A stretch of DNA of 64,000 nt from an uncultured Gammaproteobacteria bacterium (GTDB lineage Bacteria > Patescibacteriota > Patescibacteriia > Patescibacteriales > GWC2-42-12), in NCBI GenBank assembly GCA_964560005.1, contig CAZLKB010000003.1, positions 40,712 through 104,711 of the forward strand, in the 5' to 3' direction. Made by a program: the position numbers and the translations under genes. Below the pieces are notes generated by a model, which ran no database searches, was not told where the DNA came from, and was given only the letters and a program-made list of their open reading frames with translations. Shown here one piece after another: positions 17,653 through 28,195 of the stretch. Position 1 is the first letter of the stretch. Every line of letters begins with the position of its first letter.

Positions 17653-18132
17653 TTACCTTGGGGTCGTGGTGGCGTTTTCCGCCCTGGCCGGTCTTAGCTG
17701 AATCATTTGCGCTGTAATGCTGCCGTCAGTGTTGGTCGTGCCGTTAGCTATTACCGTTTGGCCGACGACTAGATCAGAAAGGCTGCCGGCCGCGAACTTT
17801 GAAATTTGGGTGCTGGCTGACAGAAAAATTATTTTTGAACCGCCGTCGGCTGATTTAACAGTAATGCTTTTATCGTCAATGGCTAAGATGTCGCCGTTTA
17901 TAAAACCTCCGGCCATCCTGTTTCCGCCGCCGGCCAACCCGGAGCCATTCCTTTGCATCCCGCCGATGCCGCCGGCGCCGAACCCCTGGCGCTGGCTAAA
18001 AGATGAATTTTGCGCCCCGCCCTGGCTCTTGCCATAAATCATACCGCCGTAAAAAGATCCGCCTCCAACAATAATTATAGCGATAATAAAACCAATTAGC
18101 AATGTATTTTTCATACTTTTTCCAACTGTCAT
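17653..18132 (-). CDS. Secreted/membrane-anchored Gly-rich hypothetical protein; paralogue of 22372-22872
   Basis: N-terminal TM anchor, Gly/Gln-rich linker, then a conserved C-terminal module (ITVKSADGGSKIIF...LSDLVVGQTV). The likely true start is MKNTLL at 18114. Confidence 0.5.
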   Translation of the reverse strand: MTVGKSMKNTLLIGFIIAIIIVGGGSFYGGMIYGKSQGGAQNSSFSQRQGFGAGGIGGMQRNGSGLAGGGNRMAGGFINGDILAIDDKSITVKSADGGSKIIFLSASTQISKFAAGSLSDLVVGQTVIANGTTNTDGSITAQMIQLRPARAENATTTPR

Positions 18133-18234
18133 GCTGGAGCGACTGAAAGGAGCGATAGCATCTTGTTCTTACTATTTCCTGCAAGATTCTATCGCTTCGC
18201 TCCAGAATGACATAATGTATTATAAATTATTTAA

Positions 18235-19461
18235 TTACTCAAACCTTAAGGCTTCTATCGGGTTTAAATTTGAGGCTCGCCGAGCCGGATAATAACCGAA
18301 GACCAATCCGATAACCGCGGAAACTCCAAAAGCCAAAATAACGGAATAAAAAGATACGGTGGTGGCCGTTCCGGCAAAACGAGTTATTAATATAGACGCC
18401 AGCCAGCCGAGAAAAACGCCGATAACGCCGCCGAGCAAAGTTAAAATAACCGCCTCGGTTAAAAATTGCCCGTTAATATCCTGCTTGGTGGCGCCGATGG
18501 CTTTGCGCAGGCCGATCTCACGAGTCCGCTCGGTCACGGTAGTCAGCATCATATTCATAATGCCGATGCCGCCAACGATTAAAGAAATTCCGGCGATAGA
18601 GGCTAAGAGCATGGTAAAAGTATTGGTAACGCTGGAGGCCGTGGCCACGATATCGGCTTGATTCATAATGCTAAAATCGGCCTGGGTGGAGTCGGATATT
18701 TTATGCCGTTGTAAGAGCAAATTGCTTACCTGCTCCTCTACCGCGGCCATATCGCCGGAGCTTTCCGCTTGTATGCTGATAGTGGACACATAATCTGCTC
18801 CGGCCAAGTATCTCTGCATAGTCGTTAAAGGAATATAGATTATATCGTCCTGGTTGGAAAAACCGCTGCCGCCCTTTGACTTAGCCAGACCGATAACTCT
18901 AAATTCCATTTTATTAATTTTGATGGTTTGCCCGATTATGCCGGTAGCATCGGTGCCGAACAAATCGTCGCGTACTGTCGGGCCGATCACCGCCGCCTTG
19001 GATAAACTTAAATTATTTTGTTCGGTGATAAACGACCCCTGATCTATCTCTATGCTTCTGACTTCGGCATAACTCGCGGTCACGCCATTCACCGAAGTGT
19101 TTGTATTGGCGCCTTTCGCCGTTACCTGATACCGGCCGGAAAGATTAGGCGCTACCGCCTTTACGGAAGACACTTCCGCCTCTACGGCGTCGGCATCGGC
19201 CTGAGTCAGAGACTGAGCCGCTCCCCGCCCGGTACTGACTCCGGCGCCGAAATTTCGCTGCATGCCCGGCATAACCATAATCAAATTTGAACCGATTGAC
19301 TGGATGCTTGATTCAATTGAGCCTTTAGCGCCTTGGCCGATTGACACCATGGCGATAACCGAAGCGATGCCTATGACTATGCCTAACATAGTCAAGCTTG
19401 ACCTGACTTTATTGCTTGATAGCGCTAAAAAACTTTCTTGGAATAAATCTGTATATAACAT
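18235..19461 (-). CDS. ABC transporter permease, MacB/FtsX family
   Basis: N-terminal TM, large periplasmic domain and a C-terminal FtsX 3-TM domain. Adjacent to an ABC ATPase and an adaptor. Confidence 0.85.
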   Translation of the reverse strand: MLYTDLFQESFLALSSNKVRSSLTMLGIVIGIASVIAMVSIGQGAKGSIESSIQSIGSNLIMVMPGMQRNFGAGVSTGRGAAQSLTQADADAVEAEVSSVKAVAPNLSGRYQVTAKGANTNTSVNGVTASYAEVRSIEIDQGSFITEQNNLSLSKAAVIGPTVRDDLFGTDATGIIGQTIKINKMEFRVIGLAKSKGGSGFSNQDDIIYIPLTTMQRYLAGADYVSTISIQAESSGDMAAVEEQVSNLLLQRHKISDSTQADFSIMNQADIVATASSVTNTFTMLLASIAGISLIVGGIGIMNMMLTTVTERTREIGLRKAIGATKQDINGQFLTEAVILTLLGGVIGVFLGWLASILITRFAGTATTVSFYSVILAFGVSAVIGLVFGYYPARRASNLNPIEALRFE

Positions 19462-19581
19462 TATAAATTTTTAATTTTTAATTTTATAAATAATTTTTAA
19501 TATACTAATTTTTAATGAAAATTTTCTAAATTTATTTTGATATTAAAAATTTAGATATTATTTAAAAAATTAAAAATTTCA

Positions 19582-20322
19582 TTACAATCTCGCAATTACT
19601 CTTTTATTTTCGTTCTTATTATCACTTACTATATTACCATCTCTAATAGTTACTATCCTGTCCGTATGTTCAGCCACATATTGCTCATGCGTAATTAAGA
19701 TTATCGTTTTGCCTTTGCCGTTCAAATTCTGAAATGTCCCTAAAACAATATCACCGGTCTTGGTATCCAGGTTTCCGGTGGGCTCGTCGGCCAGGATAAT
19801 CGCCGGGTTATTCACCAAGGAGCGGGCGATGGCTACCCGTTGCATCTGGCCGCCGGATAGTTGATTAGAAAGATGGTTAAAATGCTCCGCTTCCAGCCCG
19901 GCCTGAAGCAAAGCTTCCCTGGCTTTCTGCTCGCGCTGTTCTTTCGGCACGCCGGCGTAAATCATAGGCAGAATTACATTGCGTAAAACCGTGGCGCGTG
20001 AAAGCAGGTTGAAGGACTGGAAGACAAAGCCGATTTTCTCCTGCCGAGTTTTAGCTAATTCATCATCCGACAAAGAGGAGACATCATGCCCGTCCAGAAA
20101 ATACCGGCCGCGCGTAGCCGTATCCAGCGCCCCCAGAATATGCATTAAAGTGGATTTGCCTGAACCGGACGGTCCGATAATTGCGATAAATTCTCCTTTT
20201 TCAACCTTAAAGGAAATATTTTTTAATACCTCCGTAACCACGCCACCGGTATCGTACGATTTATAAATATTATTGCATTTTATCATTGGCAGCGATGCCA
20301 GATAAAGTTTTAGTTTTTCCAC
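19582..20322 (-). CDS. ABC transporter ATP-binding protein (MacB/LolD-type)
   Basis: Walker [10 protein letters not shown], signature [13 protein letters not shown], Walker [12 protein letters not shown]. Confidence 0.9.
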   Translation of the reverse strand: MEKLKLYLASLPMIKCNNIYKSYDTGGVVTEVLKNISFKVEKGEFIAIIGPSGSGKSTLMHILGALDTATRGRYFLDGHDVSSLSDDELAKTRQEKIGFVFQSFNLLSRATVLRNVILPMIYAGVPKEQREQKAREALLQAGLEAEHFNHLSNQLSGGQMQRVAIARSLVNNPAIILADEPTGNLDTKTGDIVLGTFQNLNGKGKTIILITHEQYVAEHTDRIVTIRDGNIVSDNKNENKRVIARL

Positions 20323-20495
20323 CCGCTTTCGCGAGTGCTAAAGGCCGACGAAATTTGGGTATTTTTCTTTTCAAGAAAAATACAAACAATTTTTCCCCGA
20401 TTGCTTGTTTTGGCTTCGAGAGAAGCACCGAGGAGCAGCTCAAAATTAAAACCTTCATCTGGCGATAATTAAATTTTAAGTAAATTTATTGCGGC

Positions 20496-22352
20496 TTATC
20501 GGCCGCCGCTAAACACTCCGAAGCCTCCACCGCCCGCTCTGGTATTCGTCGGAGCAGCTGTTTTAGCGGCGCTACTGATAATTTGCGTTATTACTTTATC
20601 CCCTTCTTTCAGGCCGTTGGTGATTTCAGTGCTGGTATCGTTAGCTAGACCGATTTGCACTAAAATATTTTTCGGTTGGCCGTCAGCGCCCAGCGTCTGA
20701 ACATAACTCCCGCCGTTATTGTCGGTTTTTACGGCCGAATTAGACACCATTAAAACATCGGTTTTTGCGTTGGTTATAATCGTAGCGTTGGTGCTCATGC
20801 CGGATTTAACTCGGTTATCCTGCGTATCAAAACTAATTTTTACATTATAAGTTACCACGCCCTGGCTGACCGCGCCGATAGAATCAATTTCCCCCACCTG
20901 GCCGCTGATGGTCAGCTCCTCAATGGCGTCAAAAGTTAAAGTTACTTTATCGCCAACTTTAATCTTCGCCACATCAACTTCATTTAATGAAATTTCAGCG
21001 ATTTTTTGCTTGGTTATAAGAGTCGCGATAGCGGCGCCGGAAGCCGAGTCGCCGATTTTTAAATTTATGGACGCGATCACGCCGTCGAACGGCGCGCGGA
21101 TCGTGTAATCGGCCAAAGCGGCTTGAGCGTCATAAAGAGCGTTTCGTTTTTGTTGAAGCGATAACTCCTGCGATCTGATATCCAGAGGATCGGTTCCCGC
21201 TTTAAGCTTCGCCAGCGACGCTTGTTTTTCTTTTAGCGAGGCTTCGGCGGCGGCTAAATCCAGCGGCTGATTTTGGCTTAAAGTTTTTAAATTATTTTGC
21301 GCCGTAATAATCGCCTCTTTATCGCTCTGAATAGAGGCTTGCGAAGTTAGCAAGGTTGACAGGCTGGAATTAGTTTGGCCGACGAAAGTACCTAAGCTTG
21401 CCTGGTATTCTTTAACTTTGGAAAAAATCGTTAAACTGTTATTAGACATTGCATCAGACCAGGCGTCTAAAAAATTACTTTCACTCTTTACGCTTTGGGC
21501 GATCAATCTGGTAATTTCTAAAGTTTCATCAAGCAAGGCTCCAACCGTCTGCCTATCGGAATAGCGGCTGGCGTTTTTATAATTTAAAAAACTTACCGCA
21601 TATTTTGCCTGCGCCTTCTTAAAATCAGCTTCGGCGAGTATTTGCGAGGTTTTTATATCGGCTTTTTCATCATCAGACGCGTCGATTGCGCTATTTTCCA
21701 GGACAGCGATATTGCCATAACTCTGACCGAAAGTCGGTTCGCTTTCGCTGATTTCCTTGCTATATAAAATGTTATTTAATTTTTCCATCATGGTCGGCAA
21801 ATCTATATAGACATTGACAATTGTGTTAAAAGCATCTTCATAGGTTTTTATCAAACTATCTTCAGCCTTATTTTTATCGTCAATCGCGGTCTGGTAATCG
21901 GCCGGCTGCGATAATTTTAATTTTTCCAAACTTGCTTTTGCATTCGTCAAAGCATTCTCCGCTTGCATGAGCGAATAGCTGTCGGCCGGCTGTTTTAACT
22001 TATCCATGGCCAATTGAGCGCTGGCCAAGCCTGATTGAGCGTCTCTAACGGTTTTATAGGCTTCTCTGGTATCCAGTTGAGCGATTAAATCTCCGGTTTT
22101 TACCTGCTGTCCGTTTACCACCGCGATTTTGGTAATGTCGCCGGAAACCTTGGCCTTTATATCAACTTGATTGGAGACCGAAATTTGGCCGCTGCCGGAG
22201 ATAGAGACGATTAAAGTCCCCTTTTCCACCGCGGCCGTAATATAGCTGGTTTCAACTTGACTGCCTTTAAATTTTCCATAGCCATAGTAACCCCCGCCGA
22301 TTAAAATTAAAACGGCGATGACGGTGATAATTTTATGTCTTTTTATTTTCAT
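20496..22352 (-). CDS. Periplasmic adaptor / membrane fusion protein (HlyD/MacA-like) with a very long coiled coil
   Basis: TM anchor, biotinyl-lipoyl-like motifs (VSGDITKIAVVNGQQVKTGDLIAQLD) and an extended alpha-helical hairpin. The start is taken at MKIKRHK (22352). The ORF-track start at 22418 overlaps the upstream gene. Confidence 0.7.
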   Translation of the reverse strand: MKIKRHKIITVIAVLILIGGGYYGYGKFKGSQVETSYITAAVEKGTLIVSISGSGQISVSNQVDIKAKVSGDITKIAVVNGQQVKTGDLIAQLDTREAYKTVRDAQSGLASAQLAMDKLKQPADSYSLMQAENALTNAKASLEKLKLSQPADYQTAIDDKNKAEDSLIKTYEDAFNTIVNVYIDLPTMMEKLNNILYSKEISESEPTFGQSYGNIAVLENSAIDASDDEKADIKTSQILAEADFKKAQAKYAVSFLNYKNASRYSDRQTVGALLDETLEITRLIAQSVKSESNFLDAWSDAMSNNSLTIFSKVKEYQASLGTFVGQTNSSLSTLLTSQASIQSDKEAIITAQNNLKTLSQNQPLDLAAAEASLKEKQASLAKLKAGTDPLDIRSQELSLQQKRNALYDAQAALADYTIRAPFDGVIASINLKIGDSASGAAIATLITKQKIAEISLNEVDVAKIKVGDKVTLTFDAIEELTISGQVGEIDSIGAVSQGVVTYNVKISFDTQDNRVKSGMSTNATIITNAKTDVLMVSNSAVKTDNNGGSYVQTLGADGQPKNILVQIGLANDTSTEITNGLKEGDKVITQIISSAAKTAAPTNTRAGGGGFGVFSGGR

Positions 22353-22371
22353 GAATAGTTTTCCCATATTT

Positions 22372-22872
22372 TTATTGTAAACCGCCGTTAGTGCTGGTAG
22401 CGAAATTATCATTGGCATTATTAAGCATTGGAGCTGGCATCACTCTGATTAATTTCGCTTCCACTTGACCCCAGTTATTCGGCCGGCCGATAACCACGAT
22501 ATATTCGTCCACTTTTAAATCTGATAATTTCAAACTTTGGTTAAATTTTTGAATGGCGGTTTTGTCGTCTACCGCGATTATTTTTTCCAAATTATCAGGG
22601 CCTTTAACCACAATGCTTTGGCCTTCAATTTTAATAATCTGCCCGAAGCCGCTGTGGGCGTTAAATTCAGGCCGGCCGAAATTCATCATGCTCCGACCGC
22701 TCGGACCCATGATGTTGCGATAATAATTCTCTCCCCATCTTTGGGAAAATCTGGTTTTCTCGTGGCCGATTAAAATACCGACGGCGAAAACAAAAACCAA
22801 GACAACCGCGGCCGCCAAAACTATTAACAGCCTGTTTAAATGATTTGGTTTTAAAATTTCTTTAAGACTCAT
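22372..22872 (-). CDS. Secreted/membrane-anchored hypothetical protein; paralogue of 17653-18132
   Basis: Shares its C-terminal module with the 17653 protein (IVVKGPDNLEKIIAVDDKTAIQKFNQSLKLSDLKVDEYIVVIG). Confidence 0.5.
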   Translation of the reverse strand: MSLKEILKPNHLNRLLIVLAAAVVLVFVFAVGILIGHEKTRFSQRWGENYYRNIMGPSGRSMMNFGRPEFNAHSGFGQIIKIEGQSIVVKGPDNLEKIIAVDDKTAIQKFNQSLKLSDLKVDEYIVVIGRPNNWGQVEAKLIRVMPAPMLNNANDNFATSTNGGLQ

Positions 22873-22894
22873 AGATTTATTTATTTTTTAAAAT

Positions 22895-23308
22895 TTATAG
22901 CTTGATAGTTATTTTTTTAAAATCAGTATAAGCATCTTCCAGTTTAGCGATATAAAAAGTTATGGCCAGGATCGCGGCCAACGCCAATGATAGACTAATG
23001 ATTGGAGCTGATTCTAACAAGGCCATAGCGTAATCGCCGATATTGATCATAACTATATTAAAATCACTAAGTAATAGTGAAAAAAATTGCACTAACCCCG
23101 ATTTGACAATATCGGAATATAGCCTTAAGGCCAAAGGAATAAAGACTAAAAATGACAATAATAAGCCGGAAGACTGTAAAATTAGCCTTCTTTTTAATAT
23201 AGCAATTTTCTCTTCACGATTTATTCGGTTGATAATGCGATCATACAGATCGGCTCTCGGTTGTATTAGCATATTAATAATACGATATGATTGGCTATTC
23301 TGGTGCAA
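22895..23308 (-). CDS. Small membrane protein, candidate anti-sigma factor
   Basis: 137 aa with a cytoplasmic N-terminus and two TM helices, immediately downstream of the ECF sigma factor gene. Confidence 0.4.
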   Translation of the reverse strand: MHQNSQSYRIINMLIQPRADLYDRIINRINREEKIAILKRRLILQSSGLLLSFLVFIPLALRLYSDIVKSGLVQFFSLLLSDFNIVMINIGDYAMALLESAPIISLSLALAAILAITFYIAKLEDAYTDFKKITIKL

Positions 23309-23360
23309 ATAAATATAATTTGTAGTATTTGAAATTAATTTGTAGTATTCGCATTATGCA

Positions 23361-23924
23361 TTATTTACCACTTATCAATTCCTTTAACTTTGCTAACGCT
23401 CTTCTATTTCTGCTCTTAATGGTCTCTATGGATTCTTTTAAAATTTCCGCGATTTCCCTAAATTTATATCCGCCGTGGAAATGTAATTTAACGGCGGCTT
23501 TATATTTATCTGGTAATTGATCTACCGCTTGATTGACGCGCGCGGCATCCTGCGCAGCCGACATCAGGATATCGGGCGAGGCCGAAGTTTCTTTAATCAA
23601 TTCTGCAAATGATAAGCTATCATCTCCCCGGTCCAACGCGGAAAAATTTATGGCTTTATTCTTTTTCAAATAGTCCAGGCAAGTATTTTTCGCGATGGTA
23701 TATAGCCAGCTTTTAAATTTATACTGCTTATCAAATTTTTTGATTTTTTTCCAGACCTTAACGAAAACTTCTTGAGTGATGTCATCGGCAACGGCTTCAT
23801 CTTTTACATAATATAAAACAAAATTAAAAATCGGCGTTAAATAACGCTTAATTAAAATCTCCAGAGCCGGCTTCTCGCCCCTTAGATAATACTCTACTAA
23901 TTGTTCGTCGGTTAAATCGTTCAT
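23361..23924 (-). CDS. ECF-type RNA polymerase sigma factor (sigma-70 family)
   Basis: Region 2 (DITQEVFVKVWKKIKKFD) and region 4 HTH (YKFREIAEILKESIETIKSRNRRALAKLK). Confidence 0.85.
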   Translation of the reverse strand: MNDLTDEQLVEYYLRGEKPALEILIKRYLTPIFNFVLYYVKDEAVADDITQEVFVKVWKKIKKFDKQYKFKSWLYTIAKNTCLDYLKKNKAINFSALDRGDDSLSFAELIKETSASPDILMSAAQDAARVNQAVDQLPDKYKAAVKLHFHGGYKFREIAEILKESIETIKSRNRRALAKLKELISGK

Positions 23925-24075
23925 AATCGGCTAAGTTTTAATATTAGATGAAAAAATGTATAAATGCAACCCAAAGATTTTAAAATTTATAATTGACATT
24001 GTCTGTATAAAAATATAAACTATTAATATAGGACAATTACAACAACATCAAAAACAAAACAATGGAAGGTTCTTT

Positions 24076-24336
24076 ATGAATAATAAAAGCATACTAATGT
24101 TCAAATTCGGGGGCAAACAACTCGTCTACCTCGGGGCTGGCGTCGTCGTCTTACCTTTGATGGTATTAGGCGCGCTCGCAATCCTCACACCCTTCGGCTT
24201 CGACACGCGCCTCAAAGAAACGTTCCAAGTGTTCGGGCCAATCTCATTACTTGGGCTCATCTACCTACTCCTTGCCGTTTGGACATTGTACCTTGAACGC
24301 CGTAAAACGGCCAAACTTCCGCGCGCTAAACTCTAA
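24076..24336 (+). CDS. Small integral membrane protein (86 aa), visibly GC-rich relative to the genome
   Basis: Two TM helices. A TTGACA at 23993-23998 sits 77 bp upstream. Immediately precedes the SPFH gene (an NfeD-like partner position). Confidence 0.4.
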   Translation: MNNKSILMFKFGGKQLVYLGAGVVVLPLMVLGALAILTPFGFDTRLKETFQVFGPISLLGLIYLLLAVWTLYLERRKTAKLPRAKL

Positions 24337-24425
24337 AAGTGCGAGGAATTTTTTTATTATTAATTCTATTGTTTTTTCTTTTATTTTCTGCTAACATTTA
24401 AATATAATTCCTAACTTCAAATTTT

Positions 24426-25193
24426 ATGATTTGGCTCTACATTTTAATCTTCGTCGTCGTTTTTATAATTTTACCCGGTTTCAGGGTGGTTCAGCAATAC
24501 GAAAAAGGCGTGGTCTTTTTCCTGGGTAAAATTATCGCCGTTAAAGACCCTGGCCTTTGCTGGATTATCCCCTACATTCAATGGATGAGAAAGGTTGACT
24601 TCAGAACTCTGACTATGCCGATTCCACCGCAAAAAATTATCACCAAAGACAATGTTTCGGTGGATATTTCGGCTGTGGCTTATTTTAAAATTGTGGATGC
24701 GGTTAAAAGCATCGTAGCGATTGAGAATGTGCGCCAGGCGATTGACCAGCTGGCGCAAACTACGGTCAGAAATATCGTCGGCCGCTTTCAACTGGACGAG
24801 GTCTTATCGGAACGCGACGCCATCAATAAAGAAATCAGAACGGTTTTAGACGCTCATACCGAGCCTTGGGGCATCCTGGTAAGCCTGGTGGAAATTAAAG
24901 ATATTGAACTGCCGGAAAATATGCAGCGCGCCATGGCCAAGCAGGCCGAAGCCGAACGAGAAAAAAGGTCTAAAATCATCGCGGCCGAAGGCGAGCTTCT
25001 GGCCGCGGTAAAATTAGGCCAAGCCGCCGACATTATGGCCGAACATCCGATCGCCCTGCAATTAAGAAACTTGCAGACCATGGCGGAAATCAGCATTGAA
25101 AAAAATTCTACCATCATTTTCCCGGCCCAGCTCATGAGCACGGTGGAAGATATAAAAAAATTCGTCGCCAGAGAACAGGGGTCAAAAAAATAA
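24426..25193 (+). CDS. SPFH/band-7 family protein (stomatin/prohibitin-like)
   Basis: N-terminal TM, then an SPFH domain ([17 protein letters not shown]...[19 protein letters not shown]) and a coiled-coil C-terminus. Confidence 0.9.
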   Translation: MIWLYILIFVVVFIILPGFRVVQQYEKGVVFFLGKIIAVKDPGLCWIIPYIQWMRKVDFRTLTMPIPPQKIITKDNVSVDISAVAYFKIVDAVKSIVAIENVRQAIDQLAQTTVRNIVGRFQLDEVLSERDAINKEIRTVLDAHTEPWGILVSLVEIKDIELPENMQRAMAKQAEAEREKRSKIIAAEGELLAAVKLGQAADIMAEHPIALQLRNLQTMAEISIEKNSTIIFPAQLMSTVEDIKKFVAREQGSKK

Positions 25194-25343
25194 AAAAAGA
25201 AAAATAAATGAAAACTCTAATGGAACTGGTAGCTTTCAAGCAACCGCTTATTAAGCTAATCGAAACCATGGCAGTAGCGATTATAATACTGCTTTTATAC
25301 ATCCTAGGTAAGCTCCGCTTAATTTGAGTTAAGCGGTTAGCCG

Positions 25344-25376
25344 CCGAGGATTTTCTTTGAAGATCCTCGGTTTTTT
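25344..25376 (+). terminator. Rho-independent terminator after the SPFH operon
   Basis: ccgaggat-tttctttgaag-atcctcgg followed by tttttt. Confidence 0.7.
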
Positions 25377-25452
25377 ATTTCGCCACTGGGCATTTGCCTT
25401 TCCTTTCGCCTTTTGATAAAATAATATAACCTTTAACTCTTAAAGTTATTCT

Positions 25453-25971
25453 ATGGCCGACCTAAAAAATCCGCATCTCACCAGGCTTAGCTGGGATGAA
25501 ACTTTCATGAACTTGGCGCTTTTAATCGCGCAAAGAACCGCTTGCCGCTTCCACATTGTCGGCGCAGTTTTCGTTGATGATAACAATCGGATAATTTCCC
25601 TGGGCTACAACGGTCCGTCCGAAGGCGATTACCACTGCAACGAAGTCGGCTGCGCTAAAATTGACGGCAATCCGGTGACGAAAAAAATAGAACGCTGCCG
25701 CGGCGTGCACGCGGAAATTAACGGGATTATCAATTCGCAAAATACCAGCCGCCTAAAAGGCGGCGCACTTTACACCACGGTTCTCCCCTGCTACGACTGC
25801 ATGAAAGCTATAAATAACGCCGGTATTAAAGAGGTCGTCTACAAGGAAGTCTATAAGCGCATCCAGACCGGTGGAGAAAAATTTGAGGAAGAACGCGAAG
25901 TTTGGAACTTGGCGGAAAAACGCGGCATAAAAATTAGGAAGTATGAAGGAAAGGTATATTTAAAAATTTAA
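25453..25971 (+). CDS. dCMP deaminase (ComEB-like cytidine/deoxycytidylate deaminase)
   Basis: Zinc-binding HAEINGI ... PCYDCMKAI motifs. Confidence 0.85.
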   Translation: MADLKNPHLTRLSWDETFMNLALLIAQRTACRFHIVGAVFVDDNNRIISLGYNGPSEGDYHCNEVGCAKIDGNPVTKKIERCRGVHAEINGIINSQNTSRLKGGALYTTVLPCYDCMKAINNAGIKEVVYKEVYKRIQTGGEKFEEEREVWNLAEKRGIKIRKYEGKVYLKI

Positions 25972-26083
25972 AATGTAAATCTCAAAATGTAAAATAACAA
26001 TGCAAAGTGTAAAATTACTTCTTAAGACATTTTGCATTTTAAACTGTCATTTTCAATTTTGATTTTTACATTTTACATTATCT
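25962..26083. repeat. Family A palindromic AT-rich intergenic element
   Basis: aaaatgtaaatctcaaaatgtaaaataacaatgcaaagtgtaaaatt...cattttgcattttaaactgtcattttcaattttgatttttacattttacatt. Confidence 0.7.
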
Positions 26084-26632
26084 ATGATTCTCGGCATTAA
26101 AAAACTCCACGAACTGGTTAAAGAAATAAAGCTGGTAGAAAACCTCTGCGACCGGGAAATGAATAATCCCGAAGGCGCGGGCTTTGATTTACGCTTAGGC
26201 GAGGTCTATGAACTTTCCGGCAACGGATTTTTAGGCGTGGAAGAGCGAGATACGCCCAAAATTAATTTAGCGGCAAAACACGATCCGGCCAAAACGGAAG
26301 CGGATAACTTTTTCATTTTTAAACCCGGCAAGTATTACTTGATTAAAACCATGGAAAAGGTCAATCTGCCCACCACCCTATCCGGCATAATCTTTCCTCG
26401 CACTACCATGTTCCGCTCCGGACTCGGTTTATTTAACGGCGTCGTCCAGCCCGGCTATAAAGGTGAATTGACTTTCGGCTTAGCTAATCTGGGCCAAAGC
26501 GACATAAAAATATCCTTCGGCGCCCGCGTCGTGCATATCACTTTTCATGAAGTTCTCGGCCAAGGCAACCAATACCGCGGCCAATGGCAAGGCGGACGAG
26601 TGGCGACAGAGGGCAAGGAAACGCAAGTGTAA
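26084..26632 (+). CDS. dcd: dCTP deaminase / dUTPase-superfamily protein
   Basis: Beta-barrel dUTPase-like motifs ([14 protein letters not shown]; [37 protein letters not shown]). Its length and N-terminus fit Dcd. Confidence 0.65.
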   Translation: MILGIKKLHELVKEIKLVENLCDREMNNPEGAGFDLRLGEVYELSGNGFLGVEERDTPKINLAAKHDPAKTEADNFFIFKPGKYYLIKTMEKVNLPTTLSGIIFPRTTMFRSGLGLFNGVVQPGYKGELTFGLANLGQSDIKISFGARVVHITFHEVLGQGNQYRGQWQGGRVATEGKETQV

Positions 26633-26643
26633 CAATAAAACCT

Positions 26644-27645
26644 ATGAACCAAAATCATCCCGAATACCAATATTTAAATTTACTTAAAGACATAAAAGAT
26701 AACGGTTCGGATAAAAAATTATTTTTTACTCCGGAAGTTATGGCTGATTACGCGAAAAAAGGGCAAGAGCCGCCTATTATTAGATCGGTTTTCGGCCGAC
26801 AGATCCGCTTCAACCTCAAAGATGGGTTTCCCCTATTGACCACGAAAAAAGTTTTTATCAGAGGTATAATTATTGAACTGCTTTGGTTTTTACGCGGCGA
26901 TACCAATGTTAAATTTTTAGTTGATCATAACGTCCATATTTGGGACGATTGGGCCTGGAAAAGATACCATAAACATTGCCTGCAAAATGAGCCGGAGAAG
27001 GATCTGACCCAAGAACAGTTTATCGCTAAAATAAAAGAACTGCCGGCCACAGACCAATTTGTTAAAAACTGGGGCGACTTAATTAGCGTTTACGGACGAA
27101 TGTGGCGCAAGTGGCCGGCTTCTGACGGACGAGAAATTGATCAATTGGGCTGGTGCATCCAAGGATTAAAAGACAAACCGTTCCGGAAATCTTATGTGGT
27201 TTCCGCCTGGAACCCGGATTTTATTTATGCTATGGCCTCAAAAGGCAATGCCAATGAAGTGCCGCCGTTTTGCCATACCACTTACCAATTTCAAGTTACC
27301 GGCAATGGCGTTTTGAATTTAGGTCTTTATCAGAGAAGCGCAGACGTATTTTTAGGAGTTCCATTTAATATCGCTAGCTATTCCCTTCTTCTCTTAATGG
27401 TGGCGCAAATTACGGGATTAAAGCCTGGCGAATTCGTTCACACTTTCGGCGATGTGCATATTTACTCAAATCATTTTGACGCGGTCAATGAACAGTTGAG
27501 CCGTGAACCTAAGCCTTTTCCAACTATGAAATTAAACCCGGCTATAAAAAATATTGATGATTTTAAATATGAAGATTTTACTTTAGAGGGCTATGACCCG
27601 CGCCCGGCCATTAAGGCCGAGATCGCCAATATCGGGGGCTTTTAA
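26644..27645 (+). CDS. thyA: Thymidylate synthase ThyA
   Basis: [42 protein letters not shown] plus the catalytic-region [12 protein letters not shown]. The start is taken at [11 protein letters not shown]; the ORF-track start at 26584 overlaps dcd. Confidence 0.95.
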   Translation: MNQNHPEYQYLNLLKDIKDNGSDKKLFFTPEVMADYAKKGQEPPIIRSVFGRQIRFNLKDGFPLLTTKKVFIRGIIIELLWFLRGDTNVKFLVDHNVHIWDDWAWKRYHKHCLQNEPEKDLTQEQFIAKIKELPATDQFVKNWGDLISVYGRMWRKWPASDGREIDQLGWCIQGLKDKPFRKSYVVSAWNPDFIYAMASKGNANEVPPFCHTTYQFQVTGNGVLNLGLYQRSADVFLGVPFNIASYSLLLLMVAQITGLKPGEFVHTFGDVHIYSNHFDAVNEQLSREPKPFPTMKLNPAIKNIDDFKYEDFTLEGYDPRPAIKAEIANIGGF

Positions 27646-27710
27646 TAACTAATAATTAAAAATTTAATCATTCATTGAAAATTGAGAATTGAATATTGAA
27701 AATTAATTTT

Positions 27711-28193
27711 ATGATTTCCATTATTTGCATCATCGCCAAAAATCGCGCCATCGGCTTTAAAAATAAGTTGCTTTACGATATTCCCGAAGATATGAAGCAC
27801 TTCAGGGAAATTACCAGCGGGCACACGGTCATAATGGGCGAAAAAACATTTCATTCCATGAACGACCGCCCTCTACCCAAACGAGTTAACATCATTTTAA
27901 CTTTGGATAAAAATTTTAGCGCGCCGAATTGCTTGGTCGCTCACTCCTTGGAAGAATCCGTTGAATTGGCCAAATCGCAAAACGATAACGAAATTTTCTT
28001 TATCGGCGGCGGCCAGATTTATAAATTGGCCTTGCCTTTGGCTGATAAATTATATCTGACCATTGTTGACGACGAGCCGAAAGAAGCCGACACTTTTTTC
28101 CCTGATTATTCTGAATTTAAAAAAGTTATATCGGAAAAAACCATGGACACGGCTAGCGGTCATAAAATAACTTTTACGGAATTAACTAGATAA
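27711..28193 (+). CDS. folA: Dihydrofolate reductase
   Basis: MISIICIIAKNRAIGFKNKLLYDIPEDMKHFREIT.. and GGGQIYKLALPLADKLYLT. It follows thyA. Confidence 0.9.
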   Translation: MISIICIIAKNRAIGFKNKLLYDIPEDMKHFREITSGHTVIMGEKTFHSMNDRPLPKRVNIILTLDKNFSAPNCLVAHSLEESVELAKSQNDNEIFFIGGGQIYKLALPLADKLYLTIVDDEPKEADTFFPDYSEFKKVISEKTMDTASGHKITFTELTR

Positions 28194-28195
28194 AT

